Origin: a virus
Lineage: Duplodnaviria; Caudoviricetes
Reading direction: 5' to 3' (one strand)
Virus record (IMG/VR): IMGVR_UViG_3300013830_000007
Coordinates: 1-64,000 of that record
DNA length: 64,000 nucleotides
In this document: positions 49,339-58,710 of the stretch, one piece after another
How positions within the stretch are numbered: the stretch's first letter is position 1
How the letters are laid out: the number at the start of each line of letters is the position of its first letter
Notes under the pieces: generated by a model
The model's input: the letters and a program-made list of their open reading frames with translations, nothing else
The model's database searches: none
Told to the model about the DNA's origin: nothing
Position numbers and translations under genes: made by a program

Positions 49339-49940
49339 AACCTCCTAAAAATCCAGCACAAATATTTCACGTGCTGGATCACTTCAAATAAGATTAATTA
49401 AACTCAGATTATTTCACTTGCGATCCAAAACCGTAATGATCTGGTTCATATTTTCCTTCAGCCACATCTTCGAGAACTCCAAACATTTTCAGTACACGTT
49501 CCTGAAGTGCCTCTGTATGAAAACTCAAGTTGAATCTTAACTCGTGATCAGAACCATCCGGAGTTATGATAATAGCAAACTCTCTAATCTGTTGAGCATT
49601 CTTCGGAGGATACGTTGCAATGACATAACCCATGGTTCTGAGATGCAGATATCCTTCGCCTTTAACCTTCACAACTTCCTTAGTATCCGGATCGATAACC
49701 TCAAGATCAATCTTCCACATCTTAGGATCATCTGGAGTACGAGAATGCGAAGCCAGCAAATACTGTTCACTTTCAGGATGCTCAGCATTAACCTGAATAA
49801 AGTTGCACTTCTCTACTTTGAGACTAAGTAGCGAATAATACTTAGTCTCAGGTACGTCTTCGATTTTATACATATAAAACCTCCTAAAAATCCAGCACGA
49901 ATATTTCACGTGCTGGATCACTTCAAATAAAGTTAATTAA
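49339..49940. repeat. Duplicated 63-bp intergenic cassette (49339-49401, 49878-49940)
   Basis: 3 mismatches. On the minus strand each reads hairpin atccagcac/gtgctggat, T-tract, then AGGAGG. Confidence 0.9.
49409..49873 (-). CDS. Hypothetical protein, member of tandem paralog family
   Basis: Start moved to MYKIED at 49873 (AGGAGG RBS). Similar to 50874..51209. Confidence 0.65.
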   Translation of the reverse strand: MYKIEDVPETKYYSLLSLKVEKCNFIQVNAEHPESEQYLLASHSRTPDDPKMWKIDLEVIDPDTKEVVKVKGEGYLHLRTMGYVIATYPPKNAQQIREFAIIITPDGSDHELRFNLSFHTEALQERVLKMFGVLEDVAEGKYEPDHYGFGSQVK

Positions 49941-49941
49941 T

Positions 49942-50319
49942 TTAGATTACGTTCAGAATCTGTTTAGGCGCACAGAGCGCTGTTGCTACTGCTCTCCTGC
50001 TTTCTTTCGGAACAAACACCTGAGTTGAAACCATGTGATTATTTGTCCAAACAGTCACAATACCCGTAGCAATGTAATTAGTCGTAGGGTCAGTAACATC
50101 GCCAAAGTCAACTTCAAGATCGTGCGAATTTAATTCGCCAGCAATCGTGACGTTGTGCATCGGATTGCTCTGTTCTACAATAGAAAGCTGAGCACTAACA
50201 TGCTTCGTACTAGAATCACAACCACAAACCTTGGAAATCGCACCGTTATTAGCATCAAAATCCAGTTGTGTCTCTGAACGCTCAGACGTTCTAACACAGA
50301 TACAATTAAAAACGTTCAT
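49942..50319 (-). CDS. Hypothetical protein
   Basis: 125 aa with a GGAGG RBS. Confidence 0.6.
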   Translation of the reverse strand: MNVFNCICVRTSERSETQLDFDANNGAISKVCGCDSSTKHVSAQLSIVEQSNPMHNVTIAGELNSHDLEVDFGDVTDPTTNYIATGIVTVWTNNHMVSTQVFVPKESRRAVATALCAPKQILNVI

Positions 50320-50367
50320 ATAAAACCTCCGTATAACTAAACAAAAGATGACAATGATTATTATTCA

Positions 50368-50868
50368 CTAATCATCGACATCGTACGCTCCTTTATTAAA
50401 TAAGTCATCTTTTTCAAAGCAGTGGATGAGCTTTTGTGCTGCTACTTCACTCATACTAAGTACATATTTTGAGTAATTATCTACACTCCAATCAGCTTTC
50501 GATAAATCCCACACAATTAATTCAAGCGTCTCAATTGATCGCTTCGAATTATTTAGTTTAGAACGAATGCACAAATCTGCACGTCCATTAATGGAAATCG
50601 TTTCATGCGTATCTATACCCTCAAGCATTCCAGAAACCTTTGGTGTACAACCAAGGTTTTTAATACCTGTGGTTCTAACGTAGCCATCACCACGTGCTAT
50701 AGTGTAACTGCGACCAGGAAATGTAACGTTCAGAAGTTTAATATTAAACTTCTTGTCTTTCAGTCCCAACTCATCCTCAGGATGCATTTTAACGTGCTCT
50801 AAATCAGAGCATCCTCTGACATGCTCTATGTCAGAGTGTCCTCCAAGTTCGTCAAAACTCATACTCAT
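50368..50868 (-). CDS. Hypothetical protein, paralog family member
   Basis: Shares GDGYV and YVLxxxxxAAQ with 50874..51209; has a short N-terminal duplication SDIEHV/SDLEHV. Confidence 0.65.
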   Translation of the reverse strand: MSMSFDELGGHSDIEHVRGCSDLEHVKMHPEDELGLKDKKFNIKLLNVTFPGRSYTIARGDGYVRTTGIKNLGCTPKVSGMLEGIDTHETISINGRADLCIRSKLNNSKRSIETLELIVWDLSKADWSVDNYSKYVLSMSEVAAQKLIHCFEKDDLFNKGAYDVDD

Positions 50869-50873
50869 ACGAT

Positions 50874-51209
50874 CTACTCCTCCATTCCGAATGCACTAAT
50901 GATGGCACGTTGCGCTGCAGTGTCAGTAACGTGCAACACATAGTGATCTCTGCCACCATCAGCATCAACAATACTCAAATTGATCTTGCCGCCAACGACA
51001 TTCTTAAAAATGCCTCTAGTAGCAGTCTTATAAGTAATGAAACCGTATCCAGAAACCAGAGCCTCTTCTCCGGTTTCCTCGTCAATCAAATGTGCTTCCA
51101 CCTTAGAGTCATCGGCAGAACCAATTGTCATGCTCACATAACCATCTCCCGCTGCAACGATAGTTGAGCAATTGCACTGCAGTACCTGAAGTGATTTAAT
51201 TTTGTACAT
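50874..51209 (-). CDS. Hypothetical protein, paralog family member
   Basis: Start moved to MYKIKS at 51209 (GGAG RBS). Confidence 0.65.
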   Translation of the reverse strand: MYKIKSLQVLQCNCSTIVAAGDGYVSMTIGSADDSKVEAHLIDEETGEEALVSGYGFITYKTATRGIFKNVVGGKINLSIVDADGGRDHYVLHVTDTAAQRAIISAFGMEE

Positions 51210-51522
51210 TGTTTTTCTCCGTTTTATCAAAAACAAGACGTCCCGGCAACCAGTATGCATTAACCTTAGGGTCAAGTACACCTATGTCCTTAAACATCTT
51301 ATCTATCAATTCTAGCTGATGACTATCAGTAATTTCTATCTGAACAATGTCATTGGTCTTAACATCATGGACCGCTAGAATCGAGTTACCTGCAAAATAA
51401 ATAGCAAAACGTCCTTTAAAAAGGATGTTCTCATTTTGTTCGTTAGATGCAACAGTATAGAACTTAGTATCCTCCAATTTACCAGAATCATCGGTCATCA
51501 TAAACTTAACAAGTTTATACAT
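51196..51522 (-). CDS. Hypothetical protein, first gene of early cassette
   Basis: MYKL start with an AGGAG RBS; TATATTAT at 51565-51572. Confidence 0.65.
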   Translation of the reverse strand: MYKLVKFMMTDDSGKLEDTKFYTVASNEQNENILFKGRFAIYFAGNSILAVHDVKTNDIVQIEITDSHQLELIDKMFKDIGVLDPKVNAYWLPGRLVFDKTEKNNVQN

Positions 51523-51627
51523 AAACCTCTCCTAAAACTAACTTGATAAATTCAAGTCAGTTAAATAATATATAGATATTTTTATTTTGAAATATATTAT
51601 GCTAATTCAAAATATAAGGTATTTCAA

Positions 51628-52464
51628 ATGAATGATATCTTACGCAACTCACTTATGTTAAGACGAATAAGATTGGATATTTACCTATGTACTCAATGCG
51701 ATCTTAAATGCAAGTACTGCTATAGATTTTGTAATATCGCCGATAATGATAATTATGATTATAATCACTTGATTAAGGATTTAACTAAATTAAAAAAGAA
51801 AAATATCGCATTTAGAAAATTCATTTTAAATGGCGGAGAACCTTTGCTATATCCTAATTTGCTTGATTCTTTTAAAAGAATAAGAAATATTTTTCCAAAT
51901 ATCCCAATTTGTTTACAAACCAATGGAAAGCAATTTCTTAAAAAAGCAGATATTTTAATCCCAGCAATGAAAGAAAGCAATATCAATCTCAATATCAGTG
52001 AATACAGAAAAACTAATATTGATTATAATAAAATCTTCAATTTATGCAGCAAAGCTGGTATTTTGTATAATGATGTATGGAGTATTCGTCTTAATAATAA
52101 AGAAGTGCAATTTGATACTGAAAAAATAGGAATGAAAAAGAAATCAATGCAGGAGACATTGATCAATTATCAGAACAAATGTAGATGCACCTGTATTTGC
52201 TTATGGAAAGGTAAATTTTATAGATGCGGTAAAAGTGCTTGGATAAATATCTTAAATAAAAAATATAATACTGAATTTAAAGTAGCTGAAGATGATTATC
52301 TTGATGTAGATAGTGTTAATTCCACAAAGCAACTTTTGAATTTTATTAAAACGCCAGGTTCATTTTGCAGATATTGCTTTAATAATAAATCTGGAGCAAA
52401 TGACTGTTGCCCATGGTCTAACGATTCACCGTCAAAATCCGATTGGATTGTGGAGGAAGAATGA
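51628..52464 (+). CDS. Radical SAM protein with C-terminal Cys cluster (twitch/SPASM-like)
   Basis: CDLKCKYC (CxxxCxxC), GGEPLL, QTNG, and C-terminal CRCTC...YRC...FCRYC. Confidence 0.85.
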   Translation: MNDILRNSLMLRRIRLDIYLCTQCDLKCKYCYRFCNIADNDNYDYNHLIKDLTKLKKKNIAFRKFILNGGEPLLYPNLLDSFKRIRNIFPNIPICLQTNGKQFLKKADILIPAMKESNINLNISEYRKTNIDYNKIFNLCSKAGILYNDVWSIRLNNKEVQFDTEKIGMKKKSMQETLINYQNKCRCTCICLWKGKFYRCGKSAWINILNKKYNTEFKVAEDDYLDVDSVNSTKQLLNFIKTPGSFCRYCFNNKSGANDCCPWSNDSPSKSDWIVEEE

Positions 52465-53417
52465 AAATCGCATTCATGTCCTATGTTATCGGCTCAAAAC
52501 GTTTTATAGATATGGCTATCGTAACTATCATGTCTTATCTTGAAACCAATCTCACTGAAGTGGATTGGTTAATATTCGGTGATACTGACGATGATCTTAA
52601 GTGTATAAAAGACAGATTGAGTTTCATTAAAGATAACCAAGTACATATTAAAGTTTTACCTTTTACTAATATTGAAGATAACGTTAACTTTGTTAATCAT
52701 AAAGGTTGGATAACTGATTTAGCCTGTACGATGTTTTATAAACGTATAAAGTTAATCGATAAGTATAAAAAAGATTACGACCTTTTGGTAATGGTTGATT
52801 TGGATATAATTTTTGTAGGTGGTATCTCAGCTTATCTTCAAAAAGCATATAACGATGATAATGTCTGGATTTCTGGGCAAGAACAAAACAATCCTGAAGA
52901 AGATATTATTAAACTTAATAACAATCAGCATTATATAAATTTCGGATTTGCTATATTAAAATGCAGCAAATTAAGAGATAATGAATTTGATCATCTATGT
53001 AAATTCCTTGATACTCCAAATATTATTCTTTCTTGTCAGGATCAATCCTATTATAATAGTTCCTATCCGGCTGATAAATATTTTGTTTATCAGGATTTAC
53101 AATTATGTGAATGGAATTTTCAATGGTTTAAACGAATAAAACCTCAATATAAAATTTATCATTATTCACCAATGCGTTATATGGATCAAAATAAAACAGT
53201 AATATACAATAATAAAGCTAATGAAAATATTAAATACGGCTGGAGTGTTATCAGTTTATTAGCTTATGATAAATATGCAGAATGCACTGAAAGATACAAA
53301 CAATATCTTTCAGGAGACTTTCTAAAAAATGTAAAACTCAACAATCAGCGTTTTCTAAACGAAAGAAACGCTGATAAAATATCTTATTATTGCTATAAAA
53401 GGCGTTACAGATTATGA
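52443..53417 (+). CDS. Glycosyltransferase, family GT8-like
   Basis: DxD motif MVDLDIIF, YINFGF, QDQSYYN and IYHYS. Confidence 0.8.
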   Translation: MDCGGRMKIAFMSYVIGSKRFIDMAIVTIMSYLETNLTEVDWLIFGDTDDDLKCIKDRLSFIKDNQVHIKVLPFTNIEDNVNFVNHKGWITDLACTMFYKRIKLIDKYKKDYDLLVMVDLDIIFVGGISAYLQKAYNDDNVWISGQEQNNPEEDIIKLNNNQHYINFGFAILKCSKLRDNEFDHLCKFLDTPNIILSCQDQSYYNSSYPADKYFVYQDLQLCEWNFQWFKRIKPQYKIYHYSPMRYMDQNKTVIYNNKANENIKYGWSVISLLAYDKYAECTERYKQYLSGDFLKNVKLNNQRFLNERNADKISYYCYKRRYRL

Positions 53418-54388
53418 AAGAAAAAGTTGCTGTTATAGGTGCTGGATTCTACGGGCTTATGCTTAGCACCTTTCTTGCTAAAAAATATAATGTAACTATT
53501 TTTGAAGAAGAATCTGATGTCATGACTAAAGCTTCCAATCTTTGTCAGGCAAGAATCCATACAGGAATGATGTATCCCAGACACATCAGAACTGCTATTT
53601 CCTGTTTAATGACATTCAGACCATTCATGACCAGATTCAACGAAGCTATCGTAGATAATTTTACTTCGATATATGCCGTAGCCAAGAACTCCAATATCTC
53701 AAGTGAAGAATTCTACAAAACTCAAAAAGGAATGGGTCAACATATTGTAAAAATCAAAAATGAATTATTTAATCCTGATCTAGTAGAAGGCGTTTACAGT
53801 TGTGAAGAATTTACCTTTGACCCATTGATCATCAAAAATGTACTTCTTCATGAATGCGATAAAGAAGGTATTGATATTGAACTAGATACCAAAGTAGAGA
53901 AATTAGATCTTCTGTATAAGAAGTATTCTAAAATATTCTTATGCAATTATGAAGATATCAACAGAGTACTGACTAATAGTTACTTATCTCCTATTCCTAT
54001 GAAAAGTAATAAATTTGAAAAGATTTTTTATAGAGATAACTTAGGAAAAATAGCCGTATGCGTAGTAGATGGAAATTACTTTAATACTATGTGTTTACCT
54101 GATAGATATGAAGGCATCAAGACTATAACAGCACCCGATTTAAGTATCTGTAAAGTAGGAGATATGTGGGATACATTAGTCAAGAGAGTTAAAAAGTTTA
54201 TTCCTGATATTGCTATGGCTTATAATCATTCTCAGATTGGTTATAAAACTGTTTGCACCGATAAAGAGACTTTCAGAACCTGCTATATCAATCAACAGAA
54301 CTACAGAGGTATAGACATCTATTCAATATTGGGTGGTAAGATAACTAATGTATTCAATTTGTTCGATGATCTTAAATCGATGTTATAA
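53414..54388 (+). CDS. FAD-dependent oxidoreductase (DAO-like)
   Basis: Rossmann VAVIGAGFYG, ASNLCQARIHTGMMYPR and C-terminal GGKITNVF. Confidence 0.8.
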   Translation: MKEKVAVIGAGFYGLMLSTFLAKKYNVTIFEEESDVMTKASNLCQARIHTGMMYPRHIRTAISCLMTFRPFMTRFNEAIVDNFTSIYAVAKNSNISSEEFYKTQKGMGQHIVKIKNELFNPDLVEGVYSCEEFTFDPLIIKNVLLHECDKEGIDIELDTKVEKLDLLYKKYSKIFLCNYEDINRVLTNSYLSPIPMKSNKFEKIFYRDNLGKIAVCVVDGNYFNTMCLPDRYEGIKTITAPDLSICKVGDMWDTLVKRVKKFIPDIAMAYNHSQIGYKTVCTDKETFRTCYINQQNYRGIDIYSILGGKITNVFNLFDDLKSML

Positions 54389-54434
54389 CAAAAGAGTACG
54401 GTCAGCTCTAAGGCTGCCGTACTCCGATTGTCAA

Positions 54435-56336
54435 TTAAATGTTTTTAATTTTCTGAATAAGTTCATCGATATTTTCAATACCAAGTGCGGTAGCTATACG
54501 AGTAATGAATACTTCACTTAGTTCTACACAATTGTGCTTAACTGAAGACTTATAAATAGAAATCAAGTCATCCAGCAGATTACCTATACAAGAATTACCT
54601 TTAGGCCATCTAAGTTGAATAGATAAATCTCCATTGGATAATCTTCTATAGAAGATATTCTCAAGTCTTAAGTCGCCATGATGGAACATTGCTTTCTTAA
54701 ATACATCGTAGTTATCAAATTCCTGAGGAATCTGAACTTCAGCATCGCTCTTAATTGCATCTATATACGAACAATAATTAGCTGCTAGCTTACTGATAAT
54801 TTCTGTAGCTTCATCTTTCTCATCAGTTAAAATACACTTATGTGTTTCAACCTCAGTAAAATGAAGACTCTCATTACCATTATCATCTCTCGATGCAAAA
54901 GTGGCAGGTAAGAATATCAAAGGAAGATCAGAATGACTATTCAGTACTTCAGTTATCGAATTATAATACTGAACTTCCTGATTGAGTAACTGCTTCTCTT
55001 CATCAGTAGCATTAGGATGAGCTACCAATTTAATATAATCAACTGGATTGACTCTGAATAATCCGAATTTATCATCAATACTCAGAACAGCTTTAGTGTT
55101 TCTGCTAAAAAATTCATAAACCGTAGGAAGATCTCTAAGATTGTCATATTTAGCAGTAGAAATATATTCAAATGCTAATAACACCTGAAGTATAGTTCTA
55201 TCCATATTCAGATAGTTATAAGTAGCTAATCTTCCAACATGAAGAATAACTGCTCCAGGAATACTATCTACATCAACAAATACATTAGTTCCATCGAGAA
55301 GAGATAATACTCTGAGTTTATTATCTGGATAATTCTCAATCAGGTATTTGAAGATATCTACATCTTCAAACGGATACATCGGAATATCATTAGTATATGC
55401 ATCTCTAGGATATTCAAAATTCAATATCTTACCACTTCTATGAATACGGGTATACGGAAATATAGTATCCGGTACATTGATAGCCATAGGAAGTCTGGAA
55501 TACTCTTCGTTATGATCATATCCATAAATAAAATCGCAAGTACGATAAGGCAACGAATTCTTGCAATTGTAGAATTTATCTATCGGAGTTGTATTGATTA
55601 TCAATACTCCTTTATAATTCTCATCATCTTTGAAATTAAAACTGGAAATACTGAGAGTATCATTAAAATAAAATTTAATATCTTTTCTCTTAAGAAGTTT
55701 GGTATTCGAATAATCCATCTTAAGAGGAATACACTGATATTTATCTCTGAAAGTAACATTGTGATAATCATAGTAGATTTTCACTCTGTCTTCAATAGTT
55801 TTACTAAATGTATGTTCTCCCCACTGTTTTTTGGAATAAGGAAGAATCAATGCATTGTACAGTACATTGCATCTATGAAGAAATTCAGCATCATTGCTAA
55901 TACTCTTCATATCGGTAAACGAACTTCCACTGGGAAATTTCTTAAATAGCTGAAGAATAGTTTTTTCACTGAATCCAAACTTACTCAAAGTATCTGCATT
56001 GATAGGCCAAGCATAGGTTCTATCCTGAGATAATGATAAAGTCTTCATCTCAAATACTTCAGTATCATAAATTTCATTGAATATTTTGTAACAGATTTTA
56101 TTATCAGTGTGAAAAACATGATCGCCGTAACGGCAGGGAGAATAAGTTAACTTTCTGAATTCATCAGAATACTGGTTAATGAATTCATTGTTATGAACGT
56201 CTACAAACCAGTTGGCACAAAGTCCGCCAGCTACTCGCTCCTTCTCATATACTACAGTAGAAGGGCAATTCTTAATATCAGCTGCTGTCAGTCCAGCCAA
56301 CCCTGCACCAACAACAATTTTCTTTTTAATCTCCAT
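54435..56336 (-). CDS. glf: UDP-galactopyranose mutase-like protein fused to an aminoglycoside/choline-kinase-like domain
   Basis: Glf motifs VGAGLAG, YGDHVFHT, PIDKFY, LPYRT, YTRI, EYP, PMYP and GRLATYNYLNMD. The C-terminal ~250 aa contain HGDLRLEN. Confidence 0.75.
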   Translation of the reverse strand: MEIKKKIVVGAGLAGLTAADIKNCPSTVVYEKERVAGGLCANWFVDVHNNEFINQYSDEFRKLTYSPCRYGDHVFHTDNKICYKIFNEIYDTEVFEMKTLSLSQDRTYAWPINADTLSKFGFSEKTILQLFKKFPSGSSFTDMKSISNDAEFLHRCNVLYNALILPYSKKQWGEHTFSKTIEDRVKIYYDYHNVTFRDKYQCIPLKMDYSNTKLLKRKDIKFYFNDTLSISSFNFKDDENYKGVLIINTTPIDKFYNCKNSLPYRTCDFIYGYDHNEEYSRLPMAINVPDTIFPYTRIHRSGKILNFEYPRDAYTNDIPMYPFEDVDIFKYLIENYPDNKLRVLSLLDGTNVFVDVDSIPGAVILHVGRLATYNYLNMDRTILQVLLAFEYISTAKYDNLRDLPTVYEFFSRNTKAVLSIDDKFGLFRVNPVDYIKLVAHPNATDEEKQLLNQEVQYYNSITEVLNSHSDLPLIFLPATFASRDDNGNESLHFTEVETHKCILTDEKDEATEIISKLAANYCSYIDAIKSDAEVQIPQEFDNYDVFKKAMFHHGDLRLENIFYRRLSNGDLSIQLRWPKGNSCIGNLLDDLISIYKSSVKHNCVELSEVFITRIATALGIENIDELIQKIKNI

Positions 56337-56442
56337 TAATTTTATCCTCTATTAGAAAGAACTATTTAATAGTCAGCATATTTATCAATGTATATTTAGG
56401 ACTATCATGCGATAGTCTTTACTATTGGAGTAATATGACCAA

Positions 56443-57243
56443 ATGGATGCGTTAATCGGCTTTAATGGGTTTGTAGGAAGTACACTACTTTCTCAGCTTC
56501 CTAGCAAACCAGAATTATATAATTCCTCTAACCTTGAAGATATAAAGTTTAAAACATTTGACAATCTTTATATCTGCTGCCCTACCGGATCTAAGTATTA
56601 CGTTAATGAGCATTCTTATCAGGATTATATGAATATGAGAGATATCCTGAAATTACTGGCTACCGTTAATTGTAATGATTGCTATCTGGTATCTTCCCAG
56701 GATTGTAACAGTACTCTGTATTCAGATGAAACTTTTATCTGTTATCCGTTTACTGAGTATGGAAAGAACAGACTGTTCTTCGAGGATGCTATTCGTGATT
56801 TATTCGAAAATCATCACGTAATGCGAATAGGCTGTTTATTTGGTAAGGGTCTTAAAAAGAATATCATTTTTGATCTTCTTAATCATAACTATCTGGAGAA
56901 TATCAAATCAGATTTTGCATACCAGCTGTACAATATGGATTATCTGTACAAAGATATGCAAATTATGAAACAGCTTGATATTCATCTCTGGAATAGATTT
57001 TCTGAACCAGTCTACATTTCAGAGATAATCAAATTATTCAATGAATGCGGATATGATTATCATTTTGATCTTCCTCTCGATGATGACCTTAGTTATCGAA
57101 ACAAAGGTTCATTGATAAAGAAAAGTGCAATCATGTCCGAATTAAAAGATTTTATTCTTAACTACGAGCACAACTCAGATGATAGGCATCAACGGGCTAA
57201 CGGCGAACAATTCGATCTCAACTTTACAGACCCTAAGTCGTGA
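56443..57243 (+). CDS. NAD-dependent epimerase/dehydratase-like (SDR) protein
   Basis: N-terminal LIGFNGFVGSTL, YGKNR (YxxxR) and RIGCLFGKGLKKN. Confidence 0.75.
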   Translation: MDALIGFNGFVGSTLLSQLPSKPELYNSSNLEDIKFKTFDNLYICCPTGSKYYVNEHSYQDYMNMRDILKLLATVNCNDCYLVSSQDCNSTLYSDETFICYPFTEYGKNRLFFEDAIRDLFENHHVMRIGCLFGKGLKKNIIFDLLNHNYLENIKSDFAYQLYNMDYLYKDMQIMKQLDIHLWNRFSEPVYISEIIKLFNECGYDYHFDLPLDDDLSYRNKGSLIKKSAIMSELKDFILNYEHNSDDRHQRANGEQFDLNFTDPKS

Positions 57244-57844
57244 GGGGTTAATCGATACTTACGAATGCAACAGACGAATGTATCTTAATAACAAAAATGT
57301 TTTAAGGAACTTAAATATCAGATGTGATACATTCAGTTCATTAGTCACAGGTGATTACAATCTCGATACTGTTGAAGGAAGGATTGGGTTCTTCAACGAA
57401 TTTCTTGAAACTATAAGTTTTGCCGATGACATAGGTGCTTACAAGCTAATGTTCGGTTTGGCAAGATATAGACAGGAAATGAATAGTGATAAATTGAAAT
57501 TCTTTAAAGAGCTTAGAGAAGTAGCCAAGGATAGAGATAAAATATTATTATTTGAAGCTATCTCTTCTTATGGAAATAAGTTCTTAACTAATCATAAGGA
57601 ATTAATTGAATTTTCTAAGGAAATTAACCTTAGCGGCATTCATGTTGACTTTGGTACATTAAGAGATTGTCACGAATCTTTTACTGAGATATCCAAGCAG
57701 ATAAATGTCATTAATATTCATTTTCCTTATGGTGAGTACAACACTACAGAGGTTGAGAATTTCGATATAAGTATTGAGAATTATACTAACAAAAAATTAA
57801 ATGTTAATGACCTTGCTGACTATTTTTCCAAAATTAAAAAATAA
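57179..57844 (+). CDS. Xylose-isomerase-like TIM-barrel sugar isomerase/epimerase
   Basis: LMFG, LLFEAI, IHVDFG, NIHFP and ISIEN metal-ligand pattern of the AP-endonuclease-2/xylose isomerase fold. Confidence 0.65.
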   Translation: MIGINGLTANNSISTLQTLSREGLIDTYECNRRMYLNNKNVLRNLNIRCDTFSSLVTGDYNLDTVEGRIGFFNEFLETISFADDIGAYKLMFGLARYRQEMNSDKLKFFKELREVAKDRDKILLFEAISSYGNKFLTNHKELIEFSKEINLSGIHVDFGTLRDCHESFTEISKQINVINIHFPYGEYNTTEVENFDISIENYTNKKLNVNDLADYFSKIKK

Positions 57845-58013
57845 GGATCTTGGGACATGCTAAATGTCCCAAGATTCCAAGCCATGCAATGAATTATTTT
57901 CAGAGGTATAACTTCATTGATATTATCTTTATTTTGTAGAATCATAATGTCTTTTATCTTAGTATCGGGTTTCTTTCTGATGTTAAGATTAATTCTGAAT
58001 TAGAGGTAACTTA

Positions 58014-58502
58014 ATGGCTACTCTTAGTACTATAAGCGGTATCACTAAATTACTTAAGTTATCTGAAGCTGAAGTATCCAAATATGCTTCCAAAATTTTT
58101 CCAGCTAATATACTTATTCTGGAACCCAATGGTAAGATACTTCTTTCAGATGGAATGTCTTCATTGTCAGATCTTCCTACCCGTATAGACCAGACTTTAA
58201 CTCAAAGTGAAAAGAATGCATTAAATGCAGCTTTTGTTACTGGTAAATACAAGATAGCGTCTGGCGGTGTAGTAGTACATGATAACAAAGGTAAAATAGA
58301 CGATGCTTCATTGAAATTAGTCAGTGATGGAAAGATAGTCGCTTCTTACTTATCTGACTATGTAGATCCTGAAACTAATAAGATTAAAGCAGATGCTATT
58401 TCCTCGGACTCAGGAGCAGAAGCTCAGGGTGCTGTGATGTATGATCATCCAGTAGATATGAGCATTTCGCTTACTGATTTGATCAACTTATCAAAGGTAT
58501 AA
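58014..58502 (+). CDS. Putative virion/tail-associated protein
   Basis: KILLSDGMSSLSDLP resembles the K(I)GDG...DLP fibre motif. CATGCAATG motif upstream at 57883-57891. Confidence 0.45.
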   Translation: MATLSTISGITKLLKLSEAEVSKYASKIFPANILILEPNGKILLSDGMSSLSDLPTRIDQTLTQSEKNALNAAFVTGKYKIASGGVVVHDNKGKIDDASLKLVSDGKIVASYLSDYVDPETNKIKADAISSDSGAEAQGAVMYDHPVDMSISLTDLINLSKV

Positions 58503-58506
58503 AGCT

Positions 58507-58710
58507 ATGACAAATGTACTTCAGTCGGTAGCGATAGATCTGCTCATTCTGCTGGTCTCTGTTATCATAGGAATCATTGGATTTTATTTAGGAAGTGAAT
58601 TAAAAAAGCACGAACGAAGAATTGATAATTTAGACAAAGTTGTAATGAGACACGACAGCGAAATAAAAAATCTCAGAACAGATGTTGACAATATCATGAA
58701 CAGCAAGTAA
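58507..58710 (+). CDS. Small membrane protein (one TM plus coiled coil), possible lysis accessory
   Basis: Hydrophobic AIDLLILLVSVIIGIIGFYLG followed by heptad repeats. Confidence 0.5.
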   Translation: MTNVLQSVAIDLLILLVSVIIGIIGFYLGSELKKHERRIDNLDKVVMRHDSEIKNLRTDVDNIMNSK

